Below are positions 16,502 to 25,774 of a stretch of 58,644 bases of DNA, piece after piece (the first letter of the stretch is position 1; the number at the start of each line of letters is the position of its first letter). Origin of the DNA: a virus. Its lineage: Duplodnaviria > Caudoviricetes. A program made the position numbers and the translations under genes. The notes under the pieces are model-generated. The model was given only the letters and a program-made list of their open reading frames with translations. It did not search any database and had not been told where the DNA came from. The stretch is taken from positions 1 to 58,644 of the IMG/VR virus record IMGVR_UViG_3300006917_000003. The stretch is one strand, 5' to 3'.

Positions 16502-18595
16502 ATGGCGCAGCGAGTCTATGTGGTACTGGACGGCAAGGGCACGCCCCTTGGCTTTGGCACACGGCTGGAAGCGGTTGCCGCCGCACAAGACGAGGCGGCA
16601 AAGACAGGCGGCATCGCGGTCGTGCAAGAGCCAGACCCTCGCGACGTGGACAAGGTTCGCAACCCAGTCGAGCCTGAGAAGCAGCCCGAGGCTGCGTACA
16701 AGATGTCGGGCCTTCCCGAGATCTGCATGGCCAAGTACGGGCAGTACAACCTCGACATCAACTTGGTCGAAGCCCTGAGCCTGCAAGAGGCGCTCGACCT
16801 CGTTCGCCCGCACCTGCCGCAGAGCGCCAAGTACAGCAAGATCTCCGACGACCTCTTGGGTGGACAGAGTGCGAACCTGCAAGACGAGAACCTGAACCAG
16901 TTTGGTATGCTGGGCCGCAACGCCAAGCTGGCCAAGGGCGACTCGCCAGACGGGCGCATGGCGCTGGCGTTTGGCCTGTCCTTGGCTCCGCACCAAGCGG
17001 GCCTGCGGCTGACGGGCAAGGCTACGCCCCACGGCTGGGAGCCGCCTGCTGACTTTGGCGAGAAGAAGTTTGGCGACAAGCTGTTCGACTCCAAGTACCG
17101 AGACGTGTCCGGCGAACTGTACGAGTTGAGCGAGGCCAAGCTGGGCGAGCGCGGTGCGTACACCACCTGCTACCTGTCCACGTCCGACTGCCGTGCGTCC
17201 TGCCTCGTCCACAGTGGGCAGAACGCAGCCAGCATCGAGGCGCTGACCGCCAAGTTGTGCCTGACCCGGGCGCTGTACGCCGAGCCTGCGGCCTTCTGCC
17301 GCCTGCTCTTGGAGAACCTGCGCCGCTACTTCACTTGGGGCGGCTGCGGCGACTTCGACCTGTTCGTTCGGCTCAACGTGTTCAGCGACATCCCGTGGGA
17401 ACTGTTCTTCCCCGACCTGATCGACCCCTTCAAGAAGGTGGCGATGCGTGCGCCGGACGGCAACAAGGACAGCAAGTACCCGCCACCCGTGTGGGACGGC
17501 AAGAAGTGGCAGAACAAGGACGCCTACCTTCAGCGTCCGCAGACAGGCCACGGCAGCTTCTACGACTACACCAAGGTGCCCGCCCGCATGGAGGTGTTTG
17601 CACACCTCCTGTCGATGGTTCACAAGACCAAGAAGACCGACGTGTTGCAAGCGGCCAAGAGCTTCTACCACCTCACCTTCTCGTTCAGCGGCAACAACGA
17701 GGCCGACAGCGTCTGGCACTTGGAGCGTGGCGACAAGGTCGCGGTGGTGTTCGTGCTGGAGCGGCTGGAGAAGTACGGCGGCGAGCAGGTGCGTCGTGGG
17801 GCCAAGACTGTTGGCGTGACGCCGGACACCACTCGACGAACGCTGCGGCTGCCGCGTGACACCCCAACCAAGACGATCACCGTTCTGGGGCAACTGCTCA
17901 AGTACGCAGACTCTGGCACCTACAGCAAGGACTCCGATCTTGGGCGGTTCTTGAAAGCCAACGGACTGGCACTCCCCGCTGACCCTCACCCGCGAGAGCG
18001 CGAGTTCTGGGCAGCCGAGACGGCCAGTCACTTGGGCTTCCGCTTTGCGCCCAACGACTTCAGGCTCCCCGTCAGTCCAGACAGCGAGGGCAACCTGCGC
18101 GGCGAGTTTGAGGGCGACTGGTTCTACAACCTCAAGTTTCCGTCTGGGCCGTTCGCGGGCTATCCGATCCTCAACGCTGACCGCAACGACTTGCGGGCCA
18201 AGGACGGGCTGATCTTGCACAAGACGTTCGGCAAGGACAGTGGCGCGATCGTCGGCTTGGACTTCAAGGTGGCCAAGATCCGCATCGCACTCGACGAGTA
18301 CGCCGTCGTCAAGCGGCTGGGTGGCAAGAAGCTCCAGTACTACGACGCCAGCGGTGAGCCGGTCAGCAGCAAGTACCAAGCAGCGTTGTGGCCCACGCAG
18401 CGCGAGGCCGAGGACGCTATCCGCGCCGGTCGCTTCCCCCGCGACGTGATCGTGCGCCGAGAGGGCGAGCTTGCACAGGTGAAGCTCGATCTGGAAAAGA
18501 ACCGCTTCGTCACGCCGGTCTACAAGGAGGGCGACGTGTTCTACGTTGCCCAGACCCCGCCGCAGACGATGGACGGCTCGCAGGAGCATGGATGA
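16502..18595 (+). CDS. GP88-like protein with a short N-terminal module ending at VRNP
   Basis: CRASCL..SG, VRLNVFSDIPWE, FYDYTK, YHLTFSFS, VAVVF, D.NDLR..D, IVGL.FK recall the phage gene product 88 family; start ATG 16502. Confidence 0.7.
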   Translation: MAQRVYVVLDGKGTPLGFGTRLEAVAAAQDEAAKTGGIAVVQEPDPRDVDKVRNPVEPEKQPEAAYKMSGLPEICMAKYGQYNLDINLVEALSLQEALDLVRPHLPQSAKYSKISDDLLGGQSANLQDENLNQFGMLGRNAKLAKGDSPDGRMALAFGLSLAPHQAGLRLTGKATPHGWEPPADFGEKKFGDKLFDSKYRDVSGELYELSEAKLGERGAYTTCYLSTSDCRASCLVHSGQNAASIEALTAKLCLTRALYAEPAAFCRLLLENLRRYFTWGGCGDFDLFVRLNVFSDIPWELFFPDLIDPFKKVAMRAPDGNKDSKYPPPVWDGKKWQNKDAYLQRPQTGHGSFYDYTKVPARMEVFAHLLSMVHKTKKTDVLQAAKSFYHLTFSFSGNNEADSVWHLERGDKVAVVFVLERLEKYGGEQVRRGAKTVGVTPDTTRRTLRLPRDTPTKTITVLGQLLKYADSGTYSKDSDLGRFLKANGLALPADPHPREREFWAAETASHLGFRFAPNDFRLPVSPDSEGNLRGEFEGDWFYNLKFPSGPFAGYPILNADRNDLRAKDGLILHKTFGKDSGAIVGLDFKVAKIRIALDEYAVVKRLGGKKLQYYDASGEPVSSKYQAALWPTQREAEDAIRAGRFPRDVIVRREGELAQVKLDLEKNRFVTPVYKEGDVFYVAQTPPQTMDGSQEHG

Positions 18596-19296
18596 CCAAG
18601 GACTTGACCATCCCCGAGTTGCCGCGCTTCCAGTACGACACGCCGACCGTGGCCGTGGACGAACTTGTGCTCGACGCCGAGGCGCTCAACGCCTACATCC
18701 GGCGAGCCGAGAGCGCCTACAACCGCGCCAACGTCAAGTACTGCATCGGGCAGGACTGCCCCGACAAGGGCAAGGGCAAGGCCGACTTGGAGGCCGACAC
18801 GGGTGCAGAACTGTACCTCGACTGCTCAGGCTTCGCTTGGTGGGCGACCTACCGGCGCGGCATCTGGGCGCACGCCCCGGGTAAAGATCCCAAGGGCAGC
18901 GAGAACTGGGTGGTCATCTCGCAGCCGCTCCCGGGCACGACTGTGCGCTACGGGGCAGCACCGGGACGCAGCTACGGGCACTCAGGCGTCATCATCGCAC
19001 CGGGGCCAGACGGCAACTTCCAGACGCTCGACTCGACCAACGAAGGCCCGCCCAAGGCGTCCGAGGGGTCGATCGTCTACCGTCCAGACGGGCGCAAGAA
19101 GTGGCTGGCACCCAACCGCCCCAACCCGCAGTTCCTTGTGTCGAGCGAGGCGATCATCTCCAAGGGCGGGCAGCCCTACCCGCGCAAGCAGAACCTGCTG
19201 CTGGCTGCGGCCAAGCACCCGATTGCCACGCTCAGTCTGGCGACGGTTGCACTGATCGGACTGGGCTACTACCTCTACCGCAGGCAGACAGCATGA
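18592..19296 (+). CDS. NlpC/P60-like cysteine peptidase with C-terminal membrane anchor
   Basis: LDCSGFAWW and GHSGVI; C-terminal TLSLATVALIGLGYYLY-RR; ATGA coupling. Confidence 0.75.
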   Translation: MTKDLTIPELPRFQYDTPTVAVDELVLDAEALNAYIRRAESAYNRANVKYCIGQDCPDKGKGKADLEADTGAELYLDCSGFAWWATYRRGIWAHAPGKDPKGSENWVVISQPLPGTTVRYGAAPGRSYGHSGVIIAPGPDGNFQTLDSTNEGPPKASEGSIVYRPDGRKKWLAPNRPNPQFLVSSEAIISKGGQPYPRKQNLLLAAAKHPIATLSLATVALIGLGYYLYRRQTA

Positions 19297-20129
19297 AGCA
19301 GCGCAACCCCGCAAGAACCGTGGCTGACCTGCCCGCCGGGGTGGTGGTCAAGCTGGTCAAGACGCCGAAAAACATCTCTGCGATGTTGCAACGCAAAGGA
19401 GAGCAGAGGATCGTCGGAGTCATGGCCACCAAGGCGTGGTGGCGGCGAGGCAAGGCCGACCCTTACACCGTCGATTTTGCCCAAGCCCCCAAGGGCTGGG
19501 GACCGCTGCTGTACGACGTGGTCATGGAGGCTGCGGGCGCAAGCGGCCTCACGTCCGACCGCAAAGAGGTCAGCGACGCAGCACGCGCCGTGTGGCAGCA
19601 CTACAGGGACAAGCGCCCCGACGTGCGTAGCGAGATCACCACGCTGGACCATGAGCCAGATCTCGACCCACGCTACAGCGAGCGCGGCTTCAGCCTGTCT
19701 CCACTGGCCCGGGTCTACTATGCCACCGGCACGCCGACGATCGACGCCCTGCGGCGGGCAGGAAGGCTGGTGGTCGAGGGCGAGGCCGCGCCGCTGGCGG
19801 CGGTGGCCAACCCTAGCCCGCGCACCTTCATCCCACCCAAGGCCGTGGCCGACCAAGCCCGCATGGGTCTGGCGCTGCGCGAGTCCTTGCCGCCGTCGCA
19901 AAGGTGCTGTACTACTGTGGGCATCCGCAGGGCTGTGCAGTTGGCCAACCGACAGCCCGTGAGCGTGTCCACGCTCAAGCGGATGCGGTCCTACTTTCAG
20001 CGTCATGCTGTGGATTCACGCGGCGTGGGCTGGCGAGAGACCAGCAAGGGTTGGCAGGCCCACCTCGCGTGGGGTGGCGACGCTGGACGCAAGTGGTGCA
20101 ACGAGATCTTGGACAGGCTGGGGGAATAG
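19293..20129 (+). CDS. Two-module protein: GNAT-like domain plus a conserved phage domain, delimited by NP motifs
   Basis: MKQRNP start; KGWGPLLYD...LTSD...SDAARAVW (GNAT-like); VANP; then PPKAVA...RMRSYF.RH...AWGGDAG..W. Confidence 0.65.
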   Translation: MKQRNPARTVADLPAGVVVKLVKTPKNISAMLQRKGEQRIVGVMATKAWWRRGKADPYTVDFAQAPKGWGPLLYDVVMEAAGASGLTSDRKEVSDAARAVWQHYRDKRPDVRSEITTLDHEPDLDPRYSERGFSLSPLARVYYATGTPTIDALRRAGRLVVEGEAAPLAAVANPSPRTFIPPKAVADQARMGLALRESLPPSQRCCTTVGIRRAVQLANRQPVSVSTLKRMRSYFQRHAVDSRGVGWRETSKGWQAHLAWGGDAGRKWCNEILDRLGE

Positions 20130-21044
20130 ATGGCTGGACGACCCTTGCGACGGATGCGCCTGCGGAACCCTGAGACGCGGCAGTGGATTGAGTACGTCCC
20201 CGGCTTGCCCAACGACACCTTCGTGTCTTACGGTGGTCCCAACTTCAAGCCCGAGCGCAAGAAGCTGCACAAGAAGATCTTGCAGCAGGTCCTGAGCGAC
20301 TGCACCAAGGACAAGAAAAAGCAGGCCATCATGACGATGGGCGGCCCCGCTTCGGGCAAGTCGTTTGCGCTGAAGTCCTTGGACACCAGCGGCTTTGTCC
20401 ACATCGACAGCGATGCGATCAAGGGCCTCTTGCCCGAGTATCTGGTGGCCATTGAAGCCCATGCTCGCAACGCCGCTTCGATGGTGCATGACGAGTCGAG
20501 CGAGTTGGCCGAGGCCGCACTGGCGACGGCGATCCAGCGCGGTTGCAATCTGGTCTACGACGGCACGGGCAAGAACGCCGCCAAGTACGCACGGATCATC
20601 GACCAGTTGCACGACGCTGGCTACTCTGTGCGGCTGATCTACGTCCATGTGGACCCCAGCGTTGCAGTGCCCCGGGCGCTCGACCGCGCCGAGCGGTCAG
20701 GTCGCTACGTCCCCGACTACGTCATCCAAGAAGCCTACGCCAGCATCCCGTACAACTTCGCGGAGATCGCCAACCGCGCCGACGCTTGGACGCTGTTCGA
20801 CACCACCGAGACGCCTGCGCGGCTGGTCGCGTCCAAGGAGTCGCACCAGCGCCCGCAGGTGTTCAAGCCCATGCTGCTGGAGTCGTTCGTTTCCAAGTAC
20901 CCGCAGAAGGCTGAGTTGAAGCTCAACCCGCGCCGCAACCCTGTCCGCAACCCCGTGCAGATCGACGCCAAGGCGTTTGAGCAGGCCCTGTCGAGCTACC
21001 TGCGCTCGCGCAGCGCCGACGACGGCGACACTGGCCTGAGCTAG
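20130..21044 (+). CDS. Zeta-toxin-like P-loop kinase
   Basis: GGPASGKS, DSDAIK..LPEY, VHDESS, NLVYDGT, GY.V.LIYV, RAERSGRYVP. Confidence 0.8.
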   Translation: MAGRPLRRMRLRNPETRQWIEYVPGLPNDTFVSYGGPNFKPERKKLHKKILQQVLSDCTKDKKKQAIMTMGGPASGKSFALKSLDTSGFVHIDSDAIKGLLPEYLVAIEAHARNAASMVHDESSELAEAALATAIQRGCNLVYDGTGKNAAKYARIIDQLHDAGYSVRLIYVHVDPSVAVPRALDRAERSGRYVPDYVIQEAYASIPYNFAEIANRADAWTLFDTTETPARLVASKESHQRPQVFKPMLLESFVSKYPQKAELKLNPRRNPVRNPVQIDAKAFEQALSSYLRSRSADDGDTGLS

Positions 21045-21053
21045 GAGCGAGTC

Positions 21054-21863
21054 ATGGCTGGTCAGCTTTCTTCCGACGACCTCAACAAGCTCACTGCCGT
21101 CAAGCTCAAGCACATCAGCGCGGGGGGTAAACTCCCCCCGCGCTGTAAGATTACCTATGCCCCACTGCGATCCGAGTACCTGCTTGATGGGATCGATCTG
21201 TACGGTTACATCTCCCCCCCAGTGTCGGAAAAGTACCAATACTACTATGTTATGGAAGGGTTTTGGTACGAAAGAGCCGGGGCTTTCTTCGCGGGGCGAG
21301 TTGTTGGCACCTTCTCGACGTTGAAAGAAGCGGAAAAAGCCCTAAAGCGCCTTGCCAAGCGATACCAGCGATGGGGCATCGAGCGCAACCCCGCCGAGGT
21401 GGTGGACGCGGGCTACTCGCCGCTGACCTACTTCGGCAGCAAGCATCACGGCAAGAAGCGGCTGGTGGCGATCGACCTCGACGCACCAGACGCTGCCCCG
21501 GGCACCGAATACTACAAGACCAAGGAGGTCTGGCGGCGGTGGTCAAAGCGCGGGGGCAAGCTCAAGAAGCCCGTGCTGGACGAGGTGATCCCGGGCGCAC
21601 CGCCGCACGCGGTGGCGTTCCTCGATTGGCACTACGACGGCAGCCCGCAGTGGATCTACATCGACTACCTGCACGTTCGCGGCGACATGCGCGGGCGCAA
21701 GCTCGCCCGCAAGCTGATCCAGACCCTGATCGACCTCAACCCGCAGTTGACCCTGCTTGACTTCGGGAAGATGATGCAGGAGGAGATCGGCCACCTGATG
21801 CAGTCCATGCGCGAGAAATACAAGGGCCAGATCGAGGTGATCGGCAAGAACTGGTACTCGTAG
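21054..21863 (+). CDS. Two-module protein with C-terminal GNAT acetyltransferase
   Basis: YIDYLHVRGDMRGRKLARKLI resembles GNAT motif A; modules separated by ERNP. Confidence 0.7.
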   Translation: MAGQLSSDDLNKLTAVKLKHISAGGKLPPRCKITYAPLRSEYLLDGIDLYGYISPPVSEKYQYYYVMEGFWYERAGAFFAGRVVGTFSTLKEAEKALKRLAKRYQRWGIERNPAEVVDAGYSPLTYFGSKHHGKKRLVAIDLDAPDAAPGTEYYKTKEVWRRWSKRGGKLKKPVLDEVIPGAPPHAVAFLDWHYDGSPQWIYIDYLHVRGDMRGRKLARKLIQTLIDLNPQLTLLDFGKMMQEEIGHLMQSMREKYKGQIEVIGKNWYS

Positions 21864-21871
21864 GAGAGAGC

Positions 21872-23656
21872 ATGGCAGGCCGTCGCAACCCCAATGCCTA
21901 CACCCAGCGCAACCCGCGCCAACCCGCGCAGAAGGCGTGGGTCGCCAAGTACCCGCAGAGCCACTTCGATCACCCGCCTGCGATGGCGGGAGAGACGCGC
22001 ACGCACTTCAACTTGCACACGGGCGGCTACACCATCGACGCCAAGAAGCCGGAAGGCTGGCGAGCGCGTGACAAGAAGGCCATGTCGGTGGTCATGCTGG
22101 GGGCGACGTTTGAGTACGCCCCCGCTGGCCACCGAGAGTACAGCGAGGGGCCAAAGGCTGGGCGGCGCAACGTCCATGCTTGGGTGTACGGTCAAGAGAG
22201 CCTTGAGCAGGTCGATCTGTCGAAAGGCTGGCGACCGTGCCGCTACAGCCAAAACCCGCCCTGCTTCGTGGACATGCAGACCAAGCAGTGCCTGCCCAAC
22301 GACCGCTCGATCGACGTCTACTTGGGCAGCAAGCCAAATGTCGAGTACACGATCGCGACTCGCAAGAGCAAGCCCGACGTGCTTGCCGTGTTCGACACCG
22401 CGCAAGAGGCCGAGCAGGCGCTGCGTGCTGGCGGCTACCCCGCCAAGGCGTTCGTGCTGCGCCGGTCCAAGCCATCCAAGTACGAGCATGGCAAGGCCGT
22501 ACCGTGGGCACCCACCATGTTTTGGCGACCCTCTGCTGCCAAGGTCCGCAACCCCGACGCGATGCTGGAAGCTATCGAGAGGGAGAACTTGCGAGCAGCA
22601 GAGCAGCTTGCAAAGCACAACTCGCGAGAGCTTGCGGTTCTTGCGAGCATCGCACGCGAGTCCGGCTGGGACGTCGAGCGGCTGACCTCTTCCGCGCAAG
22701 CCTTCACGCGGGAAGGCTCGCGGCTCTTCGTCATGCAGCGAGGCAAGGGATGGTACGTTGAAGTCGGACCCGTGCTTGACCCCACACAAGCAAAGCGCGG
22801 CTACTATGGCGGCACCGTTGCCCGCGTGCTTGAAGGGCCGGACGGCAAGCGGGTGCATGTGTCGAGGCGTGCAGCCTTCCGCACTGCGGCCAAGTTCATG
22901 CGATTGAACGCCACCAAGGTCCGCAACCCCTACATCGACAAGTTCATCCCACCGGGGGGCAAGGGCTACCAATACGTCTACAGCGAGGAGGACGTGGCCC
23001 TGCGCCACGCCAAGAAGGCCCAACGCATCGAGGCGCTCAAGCACAAGGAAGCCCAGTTGCGCCAAGCCATCGAGCGCGACGTGGCCAAGGGCGACGACAC
23101 CGCGCTGGCGGCGGGGCTGATCTTGGCCACCTACGAGCGCCCCGGCAACCCCGAGTCTGCCAAGGAGGGCCACTACGGAGTGACCGGCTGGGAGTGCCGC
23201 CACCTGTCGGTGGACGGGCGCAAGGCCGTGATCGACTACATCGGCAAGAGCGGCGTCCACCAGACCAAAGAGGTGGACAACCCGACGCTGGTGCGGGCGC
23301 TCTCCCGCAAGGCCAAGGGTTGCACGCGCCGGGGCGGCAAGCTCATGCGAGTGTCAGCGTCTGCGGTCAATCGCTACCTCGATAGCTTTGACATTAGCTC
23401 CAAAGATCTTCGCACCTTTGGTGCAAACACTGAAATGCAAAAGGAACTTCGCCTCGCACGTCGCGCCGGGCCTGACCTGAGCACGCTCAAGTCTAGGGAC
23501 GTGAGGAGGGTGCTCAAGGCCGAGTTCAACGCGGCGCTAGGCGTCGTAGCCGGTCGGCTGGGACACACCACCAGCGTGCTCCGCAAGCAGTATCTGGTGT
23601 CAAGCATCGAGCCTACCTACTTGGAATCTGGCTCGATTGTTCAGACCTTTGCGTAA
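21872..23656 (+). CDS. Multi-module protein with C-terminal DNA topoisomerase IB
   Basis: From 22921: YQYVY, ERPGN (R), GKSG (K), SKDLRT (K/R), LGHT (H), RKQYL (Y), the Top1B catalytic residues in order. Confidence 0.88.
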   Translation: MAGRRNPNAYTQRNPRQPAQKAWVAKYPQSHFDHPPAMAGETRTHFNLHTGGYTIDAKKPEGWRARDKKAMSVVMLGATFEYAPAGHREYSEGPKAGRRNVHAWVYGQESLEQVDLSKGWRPCRYSQNPPCFVDMQTKQCLPNDRSIDVYLGSKPNVEYTIATRKSKPDVLAVFDTAQEAEQALRAGGYPAKAFVLRRSKPSKYEHGKAVPWAPTMFWRPSAAKVRNPDAMLEAIERENLRAAEQLAKHNSRELAVLASIARESGWDVERLTSSAQAFTREGSRLFVMQRGKGWYVEVGPVLDPTQAKRGYYGGTVARVLEGPDGKRVHVSRRAAFRTAAKFMRLNATKVRNPYIDKFIPPGGKGYQYVYSEEDVALRHAKKAQRIEALKHKEAQLRQAIERDVAKGDDTALAAGLILATYERPGNPESAKEGHYGVTGWECRHLSVDGRKAVIDYIGKSGVHQTKEVDNPTLVRALSRKAKGCTRRGGKLMRVSASAVNRYLDSFDISSKDLRTFGANTEMQKELRLARRAGPDLSTLKSRDVRRVLKAEFNAALGVVAGRLGHTTSVLRKQYLVSSIEPTYLESGSIVQTFA

Positions 23657-23671
23657 GGCAAAGAGCTTTTC

Positions 23672-23878
23672 CTAACGCTGAACGAGCTTCACAGTCGGCG
23701 GGGCGATCAAGTCAATCTTGACCTCGATGCGCTCCAGCCGCTTGTCGACCTGATTGACGCGCTCTTCGATCCGACCTTGGTACATGGCCACTGTCGTGAT
23801 AATGCCGGCAGCCCCAAGGAGCAAGGTCACGATGCCAACGACCACGCTAGTCTTGCTGGTCCAATCGGGGCGGCTCAC
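23672..23878 (-). CDS. Small membrane protein (TM plus coiled coil)
   Basis: VVVGIVTLLLGAAGIITTVAM followed by a heptad pattern. Confidence 0.65.
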   Translation of the reverse strand: MSRPDWTSKTSVVVGIVTLLLGAAGIITTVAMYQGRIEERVNQVDKRLERIEVKIDLIAPPTVKLVQR

Positions 23879-24075
23879 TTGGTCCCCGTCGTCTCGCTGG
23901 CAGCATCCGAGGGGCTGACCGCCGCCGCAGGACTGACCGCCACCGGCACGTCCACAGCCTCACTCGCAGCGTCGGCCACAGCCTCAACGACTGCGTCAGC
24001 GACAGCATCCGAGCCAGCAGTTGCAGCCTTGTTGCACGCGGCCAGTAGCATCACACACCAAAGAACTCGCTTCAT
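23875..24075 (-). CDS. Small lipoprotein
   Basis: MKRVLWCVMLLAAC lipobox; Ala/Asp-rich mature part; GGAGGT RBS. Confidence 0.7.
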   Translation of the reverse strand: MKRVLWCVMLLAACNKAATAGSDAVADAVVEAVADAASEAVDVPVAVSPAAAVSPSDAASETTGTK

Positions 24076-24134
24076 TGCTTACCTCCGACGCCAAGCCTAC
24101 CGCTGAAGGGCAACAGAGGCAACAGGCAAGCTGC

Positions 24135-24163
24135 TTGACAAGCTATTCTAGGCGTGATACCAT
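24135..24163 (+). promoter_or_regulatory. Sigma70-type promoter
   Basis: TTGACA-N17-TACCAT. Confidence 0.65.
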
Positions 24164-24180
24164 CCCGGCTGGAGGTGAAG

Positions 24181-24504
24181 ATGGACAAGGAGATCAAGAC
24201 GTTGTTGGTGGAGGTGGCAAAGACGGTCTTGCGGGTGCTGGATGCGCCTGCCCGTGTGGAGCAGCCCGAGCGCCCGAGCAAGCCGCAGGCGAGCCTGCCG
24301 TTGTCGGACGCTGCGCCGCCGATTGCGCGGGGGGACGCTGTGCGGATCTGGACCGGCGACAAGTACGCCGTGGGCACGGTGGACAGCATCTGCCGTGGCA
24401 CGCCCAAGAAGGTCAAGGTGCGCGTGAGTCGGGGCGAGGGTCGCCGCGACTCGCTGCACACGGTCGAGGCCATCCGAGCGGTGGTGGTCAAGGGGGTCGC
24501 ATGA
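24181..24504 (+). CDS. Hypothetical protein (possible SH3/KOW-like C-terminus)
   Basis: GGAGGT RBS; RGDAVRI..G...GTV pattern. Confidence 0.65.
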   Translation: MDKEIKTLLVEVAKTVLRVLDAPARVEQPERPSKPQASLPLSDAAPPIARGDAVRIWTGDKYAVGTVDSICRGTPKKVKVRVSRGEGRRDSLHTVEAIRAVVVKGVA

Positions 24505-24611
24505 AGAAGGACGAGGGGCCGATGCGGCTGGTGGAAGAGGTGGTGGTGCTGGGCTGCGGGGCGGTGCTGCTCTACGCCTTCGACGTGCTGATCTGCGCGT
24601 TGCGGGGGTAG
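24501..24611 (+). CDS. Small membrane peptide (36 aa)
   Basis: ATGA-coupled; hydrophobic VVVLGCGAVLLYAF. Confidence 0.5.
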   Translation: MKKDEGPMRLVEEVVVLGCGAVLLYAFDVLICALRG

Positions 24612-24616
24612 GGTAC

Positions 24617-24705
24617 TTGACAAGGAACGTCAGATCTGCAATACTCCAATCGTGAGGTGAGAGGGAGAGTGGAGAGGGAGAAGGAAACCAAACAGGAGGT
24701 GCGAG
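24617..24705 (+). repeat. Promoter-leader-RBS repeat unit (isolated copy)
   Basis: TTGACAAGGAACGTCAGATCTGCAATACTC...GGAAACCAAACAGGAGGTGCGAG-ATG, the same as the copies at 34430-38160. Confidence 0.9.
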
Positions 24706-25077
24706 ATGCGATACACCAAGACTCCTTTCAAGATCGACGATGCCAGCAACGAGCGGGTGCTGGAGATGCTGGGCAACGTGGCCGGCATCCTCAAAGTTGA
24801 GTGCAGCAAGGTTGGCTTGGACCGCGCTCTGACTCTGGAGGGCTTTGGTCGGACGCTGGACCAGCAGGCGTGGGGCGACGAGGTGGGTTGGTACGTCAGC
24901 TACCGCAAGTCGGCGTTCTACGACGGCAACCAGAAGGCAACACGCGCAGCAGAGGCGGCAGAGCAGCGGTTCTTCGCGCTCTTCCCCAACCCTCGCGGCA
25001 AGGACCGCAAGGTGGAGGACGACGGGCGCACGGTGACGCTGGCGGTGGCCACCGACTACTTCTCGATCGGTGACTGA
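24706..25077 (+). CDS. Hypothetical early protein
   Basis: Starts immediately after the repeat RBS. Confidence 0.75.
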   Translation: MRYTKTPFKIDDASNERVLEMLGNVAGILKVECSKVGLDRALTLEGFGRTLDQQAWGDEVGWYVSYRKSAFYDGNQKATRAAEAAEQRFFALFPNPRGKDRKVEDDGRTVTLAVATDYFSIGD

Positions 25078-25118
25078 GCAAGACGAGACGGACAACGAAA
25101 CCAAACAGGAGGTGTGAG

Positions 25119-25496
25119 ATGGCTCTCTACGTTGACACCAGCAAGTGCGCGGCTGACGCGCAGATCCGCAACGATGGCGCGATCCAGTACAACCTTGGCC
25201 TGATCATGATGGTCTTGGGCGTGCCCGAGTTGACCGACAAGACCCTGCCCGAGTTCCACGCACGGCTGGAGTTCTACCAGCGGTTGAGCGAGTTCTTGCA
25301 GCCCGACGAGGCCGACGCCTACTGGACGGCGGCGCAGGCGGCAAAGGGCGTGCGGATCAACTGCACGGCAGAGAAGCAGACGGCGTGGATCAAGCGCATG
25401 TCCACCGAGCGGTTCCGCGACATTGTGTACTCGCAGAAGCGCCGCGCCGAGCAGGCGCAAGGGCAGACCAGCAACCAACTGCCGCTGGCGGTCTGA
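25119..25496 (+). CDS. Hypothetical early protein
   Basis: Follows GAAACCAAACAGGAGGTGTGAG. Confidence 0.75.
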   Translation: MALYVDTSKCAADAQIRNDGAIQYNLGLIMMVLGVPELTDKTLPEFHARLEFYQRLSEFLQPDEADAYWTAAQAAKGVRINCTAEKQTAWIKRMSTERFRDIVYSQKRRAEQAQGQTSNQLPLAV

Positions 25497-25516
25497 GTCA
25501 ACCAAGGAGGTGTGAG

Positions 25517-25771
25517 ATGTTCATTGCATACGACGGAAACGGGGCGATCTGGGGCTTGGGCGAGGACCGCACCGACGCGCTGGCCGACGCGGCAGCGCAG
25601 GGCATCCCGGGGTTCGCGCTCGCCCTGAGCGTGGCACCCTGCACGACCAAGCTGGCCCACGACGTTCTGGAGATCGGCGGGCGCGTGCGCTGGCTGATCG
25701 TGGACGGGGTGGCGCACTCGATGGTCCCCGCGTGGGACGACGACTTGGACGTCGAGGCGCAGTACAACTAG
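25517..25771 (+). CDS. Hypothetical early protein
   Basis: Start revised to the ATG after AAGGAGGTGTGAG. Confidence 0.7.
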   Translation: MFIAYDGNGAIWGLGEDRTDALADAAAQGIPGFALALSVAPCTTKLAHDVLEIGGRVRWLIVDGVAHSMVPAWDDDLDVEAQYN

Positions 25772-25774
25772 GGG

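Noticed and set aside
16373-18589. 738-aa minus-strand ORF (and similar long antisense ORFs at 10016, 11727, 13591, 21665)
   Set aside because: Mirror frames of well-supported plus-strand genes; no RBS or recognisable motifs.
20130-21044. P-loop protein as the packaging ATPase
   Set aside because: Motifs after Walker A match zeta-toxin-like kinases rather than FtsK/HerA/A32.
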